Positions 50,700-62,950 of a stretch of DNA of 64,000 nucleotides are shown here, in pieces. The translations under genes were made by a program, and so were the position numbers. Origin of the DNA: Octopus bimaculoides. Lineage: Eukaryota. The stretch covers positions 122,282,816 through 122,346,815 of the forward strand of contig NC_068982.1 in assembly GCF_001194135.2 (NCBI RefSeq), given 5' to 3'. Under the pieces are notes generated by a model. The model made no database searches and was not told where the DNA came from. It was given only the letters and a program-made list of their open reading frames with translations. Position 1 is the first letter of the stretch. Every line of letters starts with the position of its first letter.

Positions 50700-52850
50700 T
50701 CAGCAAACCTTCGACCACATCTCTTCCCGAATCGTCTATCTCATCTCATTCATACCTCGAAGTTATCATCGTCAGTGACTTTAATGTTCATCTCTGCTTG
50801 GTTCTCGAAATTATCCCGTACTTATATTGCTGATTTTTTTTACAATGCTCAACTCTTTACATCAATTACTTACATGCCACCAACACAGACATGTCCGAAC
50901 ACAGCTTCTATCAAAGTATCACCGCCTCTGCACCTCTCAGGTTGTCTGGCACTGTCTCATCACGACAACTTACACTGCATCCACATATGTCTTGGTTCCA
51001 AATCTCTCGGACCCTACCGCACTTCAAGTCAATTGACAGGTCGTAGTTTTGTCAATTTTATTCTAATTATCCCTGGGAGCAAATGTACTTGACCCTTAAC
51101 CCATCAGGCAATGCTAGACCGTTGACTGAATCCATCCACTCAAGCATGTCTCTTCTACATATTACACAGCCAAAACTTCAAACCATTGTATGGTTCTTTC
51201 GTTGTCGTGTTGCTGGAGTTGAAGGAAAGAACACACTCTACAATGCTTGGTGAGAATAGAGATCCATGGGCACACAATTTTTACCATATCTTTGGTTTTA
51301 CACCAAGCCTTGAGAGTGAATTGGATTGACGGAAACTATGAGGAAGTCTGCAAGATGCACAACATCAGTAATTTTGTGGATCAACTTTGTCACACTTTAT
51401 TGCATTGATTCTGTCTCAGAATTACATTAAGAGTATACATGTCTAATGAATACTCAACTACTGAACCCATAATTTAATGAGTAGATTAATATGGTCCGTC
51501 CATAGACTTCCAAATGATATATCTAATCTTTCACCTTTGCTGATGACATTTATTTGTGTTCTTACTTGAACTAGAAGTGATTTGTTTCATCGGAGAGAAA
51601 TAGTTGATTTTCGTAGCTTGATCTACATTCGGTGACTGAGTGGAATGCTCAGCTTTGCAAAACTAAATTTTATTTATTTTTTAAAAAACTTCTTTCTAAT
51701 CATATTCCTATTTTTGTACCTGATGATGTTCTTCCTGTGTCTTCTAGTCTTCGTATTTTTTCAGGCTTAACCTTTTCTAAAGATCTTTGGAAAGACTATG
51801 TTAGCTCAATTAACAAACCAACTTTTATAGAGGTTGGTTCTCTGTAACAAGCCCTTCATTATTTTTGTTTTGAATATATTTTTCATCTTTATAAATCTCT
51901 TATTTGACTTCTATGGAATACTGTTGTTACATTTGTGTTCGTTCTTCTGTTGATATCCTTTCTCTTGATCGAATCCAACAGAGAGCTTGAAGCTCGTTAT
52001 CATCATTGAGATATAACTTCATTATTTCAATTCTATAAACATTTCTACACTTGTTGTTTTACCGAACTTTCTAATTGTTCCTCCTCTTCAGGTTACTTAC
52101 TGATCGAATAATTCATCTTTCCACAAGTTCTCATTTTTTCACTGTTGTCTCTTCTTGTAAGAAGAGTTTCTGATTTTCTAATGTAGATGTTTCTTTCCTC
52201 GGGCACCTTATGTAACCTTATTTAACTCTTGTTTCCCTGATAGATACAATCTGAATTTTTCTAAATCTTACATTCGTTTTTTTAAAAAAAAAAAACATTT
52301 TATTTGTTTTACCTCCTACCTTTGCTTTTGTAACCCTCTGCAAACTAAGTAATTGATTGAGGCTTGTTTTATTACTAGTTGCTTACTGTTTTGATAAGTG
52401 TGAGTGAAAAAATAAAATAGAATAAATAGAAAAGAAAAAAATACTTATAACTGAAACCGAGAGAGGATTTACTTAATTATTTTACCTCTAAAGGGAAGGT
52501 TTCCAAATTAGCAACTCGCTTTGCATCCAACTCCAAACTGCAACCAATCGGTAAATTTCCTCCTCAAAACTATCCCGCTTCAACCACTTGGCCTATCACA
52601 ACGTACGCTTACATGCTAAGTGTGAAAACATCTTCAGTCACTTCAGACCATGAAAATAAAATTTTAAAAATCACCGACCCTGAAAATGTTCTTTCCATTA
52701 TCCTCAACCAAGGCACACCAGAGTTAGCCCCTCTACACCAAGCTCTTCAACTCCTGTCCCACTACAGGGATTTATTCCATTCACGTATCGTCTTGCCGTT
52801 ATTTCTTCCAAGGCGATAGAGACAATTATTTAAAAACATCCTTCTCCAAC
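50700..52850 (+). mobile_element. CR1/Jockey-like LINE remnants (endonuclease, RT C-terminal and RT N-terminal pieces)
   Basis: IIVSDFNVH (EN); FADDIYL..LDLHSVTEW (RT C-term); GTPELAPL..LFNSC (RT N-term). Confidence 0.7.
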
Positions 52851-53695
52851 ACTTTAAACTTCCTCCCTCCTTACCAAGCGCATTTTTCGTAAAGCTATAG
52901 TTAATGGAATCCAACCCTTATACGTCTATATTCGCAGCCCTTAGCCTCGAGCAATTGGAACACAATACCACTGCACGCTAATCAGACTTGTTAATTATAC
53001 GTTATACAGCATCTCTTCTGCTACAATAGTGATCTATGTCACCTTATTATATATTCCCGTTTTCATTTAATTGGCCTGACTTTCAGAATAAGCCCCACCT
53101 CCGCAATAAAAAAAAATGAATTTGTAAATTTTATTCATTTATTTTAATAAAAACAATTTCTTACCTTAAAAAAATATATAATGCAGACAATATTTTCGAG
53201 AAAAAAAATGAAATTGAAAACCCAGAAGAGTAGAGTGACTGGCAAAAGTAAAAATTAAAAAATGGAATATTTGTTTTAGAGAACTATATGATATCTGATG
53301 TCTAAAATGGAGATTTGAGGAAGTTTTTTTTAGTGAAAATAGGAAGGTGTACTAATTCCAAAACTCAACGTTTTGTCCATAAACATTTCACATTATCTTA
53401 CGTCAGTAGCGTGATACTCTATGAAGTTAAATGTGACTGTAGACGTAACATCTGAGATTTGTTGTTTTTCCCTAGACGAGCTATGAGTAACCTAGCATTT
53501 TTCAGCCATTATTCAATGTGTTCTTTAATTTTAAAGTCGGCAAGGTGTAACATGTTTGATATCGCTAGCAGGGCGAACAATTACAACTCATTCAGTGGCT
53601 TTGGGACACGTTGTGGAGGGTGGAGGGGAAATAACTCTTGATAAGATTGCTGTAAAGTTACTTAACATACTTTTATTCTGTTCTTAGGCTAAGCC

Positions 53696-53812
53696 ATGGA
53701 AAACCCTTTAATGATACTACAAGAAATACTCATGAAAACTCAGCATGTACAACAAGCTGCTATTGTTGATGCCAGAAGCAATATGGTGAAGGCTTCTTCA
53801 ATTGGTTTTACT
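53696..53812 (+). CDS. PFN4: Profilin-4-like, coding exon 1: MENPLMILQEILMKTQHVQQAAIVDARSNMVKASSIGFT
   Basis: Acceptor TTCTTAG at 53687, TAA-GCC-ATG-G Kozak start, donor ACT|GTACGT; aligns with the PFN4 N-terminus (LL.T.HV..AA......V.AS.GF). Confidence 0.88.
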
Positions 53813-54890
53813 GTACGTAATTTATAGATATTTTGAAATTTTGACTTTGCACAAAACCATGTTTTATAGGAAGGTGAATATGTTGATTTTATTGGTACTA
53901 GATAAGTAAAAGCCCCCACCTTATTGGGATTGGAATTCAGAATGTGTTCCCCTGTTTCACGCAATTGAACCCTTTATTATAGTTTATTTACTGAATTTCA
54001 AATCGATTTTTAATATTTTGTTATATCCCCCATTTAACAAGAATAAGTATCAAATGGATGAATCTGTATTAGATTGACTATAGTCCTGTCCAGTTGTAAA
54101 TTTAAATCTCACCATCTAATGCTATTTAATACAAAGTTAATCGTTGATTTTATTAAATCCTGTAGCTCTATGGGGTATGCTGTGCAGAATAGCAATTTTT
54201 TGCCATCTCATCAGTAAGGTCAAGAATCATTACCATTGTTTTAATGTCAGTTTATATGGGTTGAACAAATGTCAATGAGGTAGATTTCTACTGCCAAATG
54301 TCCTTCTTGTTGCCAATCCTTGCTTGTGTTACAAGTAAGGTTTTTTTCTTTTTTTATATTCCACTGTTAATTACACAACAAAACTGTTGAATGATTGGCT
54401 ATTTTGTTTACAAGAGATATAAACACCCATCATTTTTGCTTACATAGTGACAGTGTGAAGGCAAGCATAAACACACACACACTTAATGGACTTCCGCACA
54501 ATTTTTGTCAACCAAATTTCTCTCACAAGGCAGTGACAGTCCTAAGGTTATAGTAAAAGACCCTTAACCAAGGTGGCATATGATGGGATGGAACCCAAAA
54601 CTACATGGTTGCACTGCAGACTTTTTAACCATACAGTACCTGTATCAACAATCCTATCTCCATATCTCTATCTGTCACAGTTATCATCCATTGGCAATAT
54701 ATGGCAACTTTCATCATTCATTGATGTCACATGCTTTTGCCAGTGCAATTTTCTCTCCTTTATACATCAGCAAATTTATTTGTGTTCCACTTTCCTTGTA
54801 AATTTGTGTTTATACACCCATTGAATCACATCTTCCTTATTTCTAGTCAACTTCTGTAAATCTTCCATATTCACAAAAAATGAATTCTAA

Positions 54891-54933
<43 letters not shown>

Positions 54934-55822
54934 GTAATAGTAACAACAACAACAACAGCAACAGCAACAATAACAACAACAACCAAAGATCCTTCCCAAG
55001 CTCATAAGGCTGGTTTCTTGGATTTTATGGCATGTATATTCCCCCCATGGATGAGATGCCAGTCAGTCACAAAAACAAACATTTTTGCCAGCTGAATTGA
55101 CAAGAACAATGTGAAATAAAATGTTTTGCTTAAGAACACAATGCCTCGCCTGGCCCAAGAATCAAAACCACAATTGTATGATTATTAGTGCAGCACCCTA
55201 ACCACTAAGCCACTCATCCTCTTAAAAATGAATGAATACTAATAAATGGTATTTGTAGTTTCTCACTGTCATCAAAAGACTGGGGGTACATTATTTCTGC
55301 TACATTAACTTACTTGCAACACATTACATAAATATGCACTCTTTAGTTTTGGCCTTCTGCTTGTTACTCATTATAGGACATATAATAACTCTTTTTACCA
55401 AAGGCACAAGGCTTGAAATTTTGGATGTGGTGGGAGCTAGTTGTTTAACATCAACTCTAATGTTTGACTGATACTTATCTTTATCAACCTGAATGGATGA
55501 ATGGCAAAGTAACCTCAGCAGAATTTGAACTCCAAACCTGGTGCCAGAAGAAACGCTGCTAAGCATGTTGTCTAACATGCCATCTTGCCACCTTTATGGT
55601 ACATCTAATAATAGTCAATGTATTTTAGTATAAATGCAAAGATACAAGGGAGATTTAGATGACTGTTTTGATGATGCTGAAACTGGCATTATTATATTCT
55701 TTTTACTTTTTATAAAATTTATATATAATTCAATCTCTATGAAATTATATTACATCTCTATAATCTTGTTTTAGTTTAACTGATATAAAAACCTTTGTTT
55801 TATTTCATCTTTTTCCATGCAG

Positions 55823-55957
55823 TTGGATTATGAAGCACTTGCAAATTTTCAATTTGCTTTCAAAAACCCAATGCTGATCAGAGAAAGGGGACTGGAATAC
55901 AATAAAATGCTGTATACTGTAGTCCGAGCAGAACCTGATGTAGTTTATGCAAAATTG
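55823..55957 (+). CDS. PFN4: Profilin-4-like, coding exon 2: LDYEALANFQFAFKNPMLIRERGLEYNKMLYTVVRAEPDVVYAKL
   Basis: TTTTTCCATGCAG acceptor, TTG|GTGAGC donor, 135 nt, phase 0-0; matches the PFN4 F.KNP...R..GL.F....Y..VRAD...YAK pattern. Confidence 0.9.
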
Positions 55958-56299
55958 GTGAGCAGTTTCTTTATCCTTTTAGAAAAGAATGCAGAGATTA
56001 TTATATACTTGTTGCAAAACCTTGTGAGTGGGTTTGGTAGATAAAAACTGAAAGAAGCCAATCATATATATATTCATATTCATGTGCATGTATCCTTTGT
56101 GCCTGTTTGTCGACTACCACTGCTTGACAACAGGTGTTGGTTTATTTATGTCACTGTAACTTAGCAGTCCGGCAAAAAGAGACTGATGCAATAAGTCTCT
56201 TTATAAGGTTTAAAAGAAAAGAACTGGTGTTGATTTATTTGACTAAAATTCTTCAATGTGGTGCCCCAGCATGGCTGCAGTCTAATTACTGAAACAGAT

Positions 56300-56440
56300 N
56301 NNNNNNNNNNNNNNNNNNNNNNNNNNNNNNNNNNNNNNNNNNNNNNNNNNNNNNNNNNNNNNNNNNNNNNNNNNNNNNNNNNNNNNNNNNNNNNNNNNNN
56401 NNNNNNNNNNNNNNNNNNNNNNNNNNNNNNNNNNNNNNNN
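56300..56440. other. Assembly gap
   Basis: N run. Confidence 1.
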
Positions 56441-57498
56441 TTTATGAGTTCAATAAAGGCAACAATGAAATAGAAAGTGCAAAGAATATCAATGCAGCTT
56501 ATGGGGATCAGACAATAAGTACAAGTCAGTGTCAATGATGGTTCCAGGAATTTCGAGCTGGAAACTACAGCCTAGAAGAAGAGCCTCATCCTGGAAGATC
56601 TGTAGAGCTCAGTGAGGACATCATGCAAACCCTGGTGGAACAAAATCTCATTGTAACTGTTGAGGAACTAGCAGAGAAGCTTGGATTTGGTCATTCAACC
56701 ATTCATCAACACCTGCATGCGATCGGAAAAGCAGCAAATTGGGTCAATGAGTTCCTCACAAACTTTCTAAGCCTAATCGCACACAGAGAGTGAATGTGTA
56801 CTCTTCTTTGCTATCACATCTCACAGATTAACCATTTTTGGACCGAATAGTGACTGGTGAGGAGAAATGGGTTGTCTATAAAAATGTCAAGCATCGAAGA
56901 CAGTGGGTAGGGAAAGGAGAAACACCAGCACCCTAGGCTAAAGAAGGTCTTCACCCACATAAGGTGTTATCTGTTTGGTGGGATATGAAAGGTTTAGTCC
57001 ACTTTGAACTTTTAAACTCAAGCCAAATGATAACAAAGGAAATCTACTGCAAGCAGCTTGAGCAGCTTAAGTCAGTGCTAGAAAGAAAATAACCCTCTTC
57101 AGTTTCAAGATGAAAGGTGTTCTTCCATCAGGATAATGCTTGGCCACATACAGTGAAGATGACATCCCAAAGGCAGTTTGAATGGGAAACGATGCCCCAC
57201 CTACCATATTCGCCAGACATTGTCCTATCTGATTATCATTTATTCAGCAGTCTTCAAAACCATTTGGACGGAAAAATATGAATACTGTAGACGCAGTCAG
57301 AACAGTAGTAGATGAGTATTTTTTGTCACAGACAAGTGAATTTTGGAAGAGGGGCATTGCAAGTCTACCAGATAGGTGGAAGAACATTGTAGAAAATGAA
57401 GGATAGTATATTTTAGATTATAAATGAACTTTATCTTAATTTTGAAAAATAAAAAAATAAGTATAAAGAAACTGCATTATTTATGGGATGACCCAATA
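56441..57498 (+). mobile_element. Mariner (Hsmar1/SETMAR-like) transposon, degenerate; 5' end in the gap
   Basis: IVTGEEKW, VWWDMKG, FHQDNAWPH, PYSPDIVLSDYHLF; 3' TIR ...CATTATTTATGGGATGACCCAATA followed by TA. Confidence 0.93.
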
Positions 57499-57519
57499 TA
57501 TGTAGGTGCAAGCATAGCA

Positions 57520-58150
57520 GGCTTGGTAAGCTGAGGGGCTGCACCAGACTCCAGTCTGATTTGGCATGGTTTTTACGGTTGGATGCCCTTCCTAACACCA
57601 ACCATTCCAAGAGTGTAATGAGTGCTTCTATGAGTCACTGGCATGGGTGTCAGTTGTGTGACACCAGTATCCACCCTGATTACAATTTCACTTGGCTTGA
57701 TGGGTCTTCTTTTCAAGCATGACATATTGCCAAAAGTCTCATTCATTTGTCATTGCCTCTGTGAGGCCCAACTCTTGAAAGATGCTTTCTAAGAGTCACT
57801 GGCACAGGTGCCAGTTATACAACAGTGGAACTCGACAGGTGCTTTTTATGTGCCACCAGCACAGGTGCCAGATGCCTCTGTGGAGGCTCAACACTCGAAA
57901 AGTGTTTTTTACGTGCCATCGGCATCCACTTCGCTTGATGAGTTTTCTTCTGAAGCATGGCATATTACCAGAGGTCTTGGTCATTTGTCATAGCCTCCAT
58001 GAGGCCCAATGCTCAAACAGTGCTTTTTACGTGCCACCAGCACAGGTGCCAGTTTTGCAACACTGACATTGGCCACATTGCCTCTGTGAGGCCCAACACT
58101 CAACAGGTGCTTTTTACATGCCACCAGCATTGGTCACATTGCCTCCATGA
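57520..58150 (-). mobile_element. RTE LINE 3' UTR with expanded internal tandem units
   Basis: Repeated GGTGCTTTTTAYGTGCCACCAGCACAGG / TGCCTCYRTGAGGCCCAA blocks. Confidence 0.78.
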
Positions 58151-58997
58151 ATCATTAACTTAATTTACCTATAGGCTGCTATCCTAATTACTTGGTCAGC
58201 CAACACAATATTTGCAGTGGTCTTTTTATATGTCTAAATGGTTAAAAGGTTCCACTTCACCTCTGTAGCTTACATTATAATAAAATACTTGTTGGCTGTT
58301 TGAACTTTTTATATAAGTTTGAATATAAACTTGCAATAAAAGGATTTATAAGAAACCATAAATTTAACCCTTTAGCATTCAGTTTACTCTGTCAAATGTA
58401 ATGCTTATTTATTCAAATTGTTTTGTATTAATCATACATTATCTCATAGCTTTGAGATTTCAATGAGTGATTGTTCATGTTCACAGTGAAAGTATAGAAT
58501 CACCACGAGAGGGTGGATCTGGTCAGTTTAAACATAAAACAGGTAAAACATTTGGATCAGATATGGCCGGTTTTAATGCTTAAGGGTAAAGCTTGAAACT
58601 TGATCTTTGATTTTATATGAATTTAAAATGCAGGTGATTAAATTTTGTTTGTCATCAGTAAACTTTATATTGAGCAAATTCCACAAGGCAATCTATCTTA
58701 TGTCTAACATTAGCTCCTAGCCAATTGAAACTGATTTTGTCTTGTTTCCTAGTTCTATTTATATATACTCTATACTTATCCCATTACTAATACTCTTGAG
58801 AAAAGTCTGAATTCTCTTTCTCTCATATCAATGTATCTAATTGCTATAAGTAGATTACGAGAAGTAAACTAATTTATTTTCATTATACATTCAGAAGATA
58901 AATATGATATCGATTTCTTGCTTTATTACTGTTGTAAAGCAGTCTTTTGCCACTTTTGTATCTGTCTCTTGATGATGGTTGTCGCTCTGACAGATAT

Positions 58998-60249
58998 TGT
59001 TATATTTTGAAGTCGTCGATAGAATGTTTCTAACTGGCACTCTACGACCCTCAGTCATACAGTGTTATTATCTTCAAAATGTTGGATCGATATAACGTCC
59101 ACTCAGTATCACAATATAATTACTATATTGGCACAGACACGACTATCAACACAGTCTACACATACTCCTGACCTTCTTCTGTCAACTAGCTACTGGTCTA
59201 TTCATAATGGTTGGTTCCTACCACTTTTTACCGGGAAGGATGTACAGTTTCACTAGACATCTCCCCTTTTAATTATTTTATTTAACAATCAAATACTTTA
59301 ATTCATCCTACCTTATAATATATATATATTCTCAATATCTTTTCTTCTTAGAGTCTACTTTCAGTGTTCTTCCTTTTCCTTGTACATGTGGTTTCAACTT
59401 CTTGTAATGGTGTTAGAACCTGAAAAGTGTCATATAGCCAATCCATCGGTATTTCTACTCTTGTTGGTTCCTTTTCTATGAGTCTTTCATTAAGCTGATT
59501 TCTATGTCTCCTTTCCATTCCATTTCTGCTTCTTACGCTATACAGCATCTTCCAATGTATGTTACAATTTCTTCTTCTTTCCAGTATTGCTTGCCATTTT
59601 TGTACATTCTTACATATACCTTATCACCGATTCTAAGGAATTTAGGCATGTCTATTCTATTCTTCACTGGTAACAATAGTTACTAGTCATTGGATACCAT
59701 TGTATGTCTTCGTACTGGAATACACCTCGTGACCTTAGGCCATTTTGGGTAGCTGTCCACTACTATTAAGTAATAATATCCATTTACCGGGCCTGCAAAA
59801 TCAATATGCAATTGGGACCATGGTATTTTCACTTCTGGCCAAGGTTCACGTTTTGTAGTAGGTAGTTTTGCTTCCAGCACACGTCCTCTGCAACATTTTA
59901 CCAGATTTCAACTTCCTTGTCCAAGCTTGGCCAGTATATGAAACTTCACATCAGTGCTTTCATTCTAGAGATGCCTGGGTGTTGTACATGAAACTCTTTT
60001 AGCATTCTCTTCTGTAATGTCTGTGGTATGGCCACCCTCTGAGTGTACATTAGTACACCATGATATATAAAGTACACATTCACCCAATATTACAGTATAA
60101 TTACAATATCAGCACAGACACAACTATCAACACAGTCTACATGTACTCCTGACCTTCTTGACCGTCTTCTGTCAATTGGCTACTGGTCTATTTATAATGC
60201 TTGACTACTACCACTTTTTATTAGGAGGGATGTACAGTTTCACTATACA
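58998..60249 (-). mobile_element. Gypsy-type LTR retrotransposon, internally deleted (two LTRs plus integrase part)
   Basis: LTRs 58998-59259 (TG..CA) and about 60061-60249; PPT AAAAGGGGAGA at 59260-59270; integrase PW..LHIDFAGPVNGYYYLIVVDSYPKWP and KEFHVQHPGISRMK. Confidence 0.9.
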
Positions 60250-61952
60250 ACAATTGCAAAGTAACACAACAGAAGGAGAGCAGGTATAGTCGATTATAAA
60301 GAACCAAGTACCAACTTATTTTGTTGACAATCCCCTCCACTCAAGAGAGGACCATTCCATTTTCAAGACCATTCCATTTTCCCTGAAAGAATGATACAAA
60401 CATTTGTATTTAATCTCAAAGATGTTTCCACAACATTTATAACATTTCTCTTTCCTACCAAATTTCAAATCATTATTATCATCATCATCACTGTCACCAT
60501 AACCATCACCACCACTGTCGTTTTAATGTCCACTTTTCCATGCTTGCATGGGTCAGACAGAATTCAGTGAGGAAGATTTTCTATGGTTGTACACTCTTCC
60601 TGTCAATAACCCTTACTTGTTTCCAAACAAGAAAATATTTCCTCATAGCCAGACATGTTTTCATAGAAGACCTGAAATGAAGGACACTGCTTGTATTTCA
60701 CTCCTTCAAATTATTTAGCAAAACTATATCATCATCATCATCCTTTAACGTCCGCTTTTTATGCTGATATGGGTTGGATGGTTTGACTAGAGTTGGCAGG
60801 CCAGAGAGCCACACCAGGTTCCAGTCTGATTTAGCTTGGTTTCCTGGATGTCCTTCCTAACACCAACCACTTTACAGTGTGTGTTGGGTGCTTTTCTGTT
60901 GATGTTATTGTTGTTTTACCCTTGGTCTGCCCTGATGAAAAGACCATCATACAATTGTTTTTGTCCTTTTACAAGGATTGTGTTATCTAGAACTCCATTA
61001 TCTTTACCTTTTATCCTTTATCTTTTACTTATTTCAGTCTTTGGACTGTGGCCATACTGGGGCACTACTGTGAAGAGTTCAGTCAAACAAATCAACCCCA
61101 GTGCTTCATCGTCATCATTATTGTTGTCGTCGCTATTGTCATCATCATCATCTTCTTCTTCTAATGTCCATTTTCCATGCTGGCATGGGTTGCACAGTTT
61201 GACCAGAGCTGGCAAGTTGAGGAGCTGCACCAGACTCTAGTCTGATTTGGCTTGGTTTCTATGGCTGGATGTCTTCCCTAATGCCAACCACTTTATAATG
61301 TGTGCTGAGTGCTTTCAAGTAACCATGCGACAATGTACCAGGATGTACCATGTGACAATGTACCACACAGTGTTTAACTTTACCTCTCTGTATTCTTAGT
61401 TTAAATCTTGCTTAAGTTGACTTTGCTCTTCATTTCAGAGTTGATTTAACAAGCTATGCCCTCTTTCCTAAAATGTGAGGCTTTGTAATAATGTGTGAAA
61501 TCATTATTACTAATAGTGGGGTGGTGGACACGCAAAATAATTAGAGCATTAGACAAAATATCTTGTAATGTTTGTCCTGGCTCCTTACATTCTGAGTTCA
61601 AATCCTGTCAAGTTCAACTTTGCCTGTTATTATTTTTTCGGGGTCAATAAAATATTGGTTGTCAGCTAACTCCTCTAACCCAAATTTTAGGCCTTGTGCC
61701 TATACTAGTAACTATTATTACTGGGAACATCCATATGTCACTGAAATCTCAATCTTTGGATTGATTTGTGCTATATATAGTCTTGACAACAGTCTCTGTT
61801 AATTCTCTTTTAGTATTTGGTTCATAACAATGTAATCACATATAACAAAAAACAGTTCTTTTTTCTATTTATTTTTTGTCTGTCTAAATATAAAGATGAG
61901 TCTGTATGTAAGAAATGCAACAGTCTCAACCAAAACAATGTTTCTATTCCAG

Positions 61953-62058
61953 GATAAAAGAGGGATTGTCTTGGTAAAAACTAACACATTCATTGTTGTA
62001 GCTACTTACATTGAAGGCATGTATCCTAGTGTATGTGTTGAAGCTGTTGAAAGGTTAG
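61953..62058 (+). CDS. PFN4: Profilin-4-like, coding exon 3: DKRGIVLVKTNTFIVVATYIEGMYPSVCVEAVERL(G)
   Basis: TTTCTATTCCAG acceptor, TAG|GTGAGT donor, 106 nt; near-identical to the PFN4 hallmark VATYTEGMYPSICVEA.E.LG. Confidence 0.93.
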
Positions 62059-62149
62059 GTGAGTAGAATAAATTTTCTTCGCTTACAATTGAAATCCTTT
62101 TAATGTTCTTATTTTTATTTTATTTTTTATCCACTGATGTTACTGGAAA

Positions 62150-62950
62150 TTATGTGGGAAAGCTTATCGATTTCTCCATCTGATTAGGATGCTAGTTTGT
62201 TGAAGGTTTTGTTTGTAACTTACATAGATGCAGAAACCCCAGTATTGTCTAATATGGTCTTCTCAATGGAGGCACATTTGAGGGAACCACGGTATTTGTT
62301 TGTATTGTATTGGAGAGATCAATAGAAAAAACTTTTATAACTCTATTTCACTGGGACCCTTGGAACCTGAGAAGAGCACCTGAGGAAGTTGAGCCTCCAA
62401 AAGTTTAGAGAATACATGGGGTAAACCAGTCAGTCAGTGGTCTTGTTATAGAACCACTTTAACATTTGTACCCCATCTGAAGTTCCCTTACAAATATCAA
62501 TTCATCTTCTAACACTCTCTTTGTTTCTGTCCATTTAGGTTCCATTGAAGGAATTGGTTTTCAGATCTGGTCAGTTGGTTGGTTGTTGAGAGTCCTGCAA
62601 CATGGACCAGCTAACTGAGATTACATCTTGCATGTTGCTTGATGATTACTTTTGTTCATGTGAAAGTTTGAATTTGGCATTGCAAACTACAAAACACTCA
62701 CTGGTTGCACATTCCAGCCATGTCGTTGCATCTTTTTTCTTAGGCACAGTGGTAGACATAATTCAATGCTCAGTCTGATGTCACCGCTTTGTCTTTAGGT
62801 ACCTTTAAAACAGAGTTTATTCTATTGTAAGCCTTCAGGCCAGATCTTCAGTCTGAGAATAACTTCTCCCAACTAGTGTCAGAGATGATGCAAAGGATCA
62901 CTGGCACTACCCTCCCACCTCTGAGAAGGCAATATCCCACACTAATCTCC
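62150..62950 (-). mobile_element. Possible very old non-LTR RT remnant (HERO/NeSL-like)
   Basis: EPKWTETKRV then GTSDGVQ...FYNKT loosely resemble the EPK..EV..VV...APGPDGV region; highly degenerate. Confidence 0.3.
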
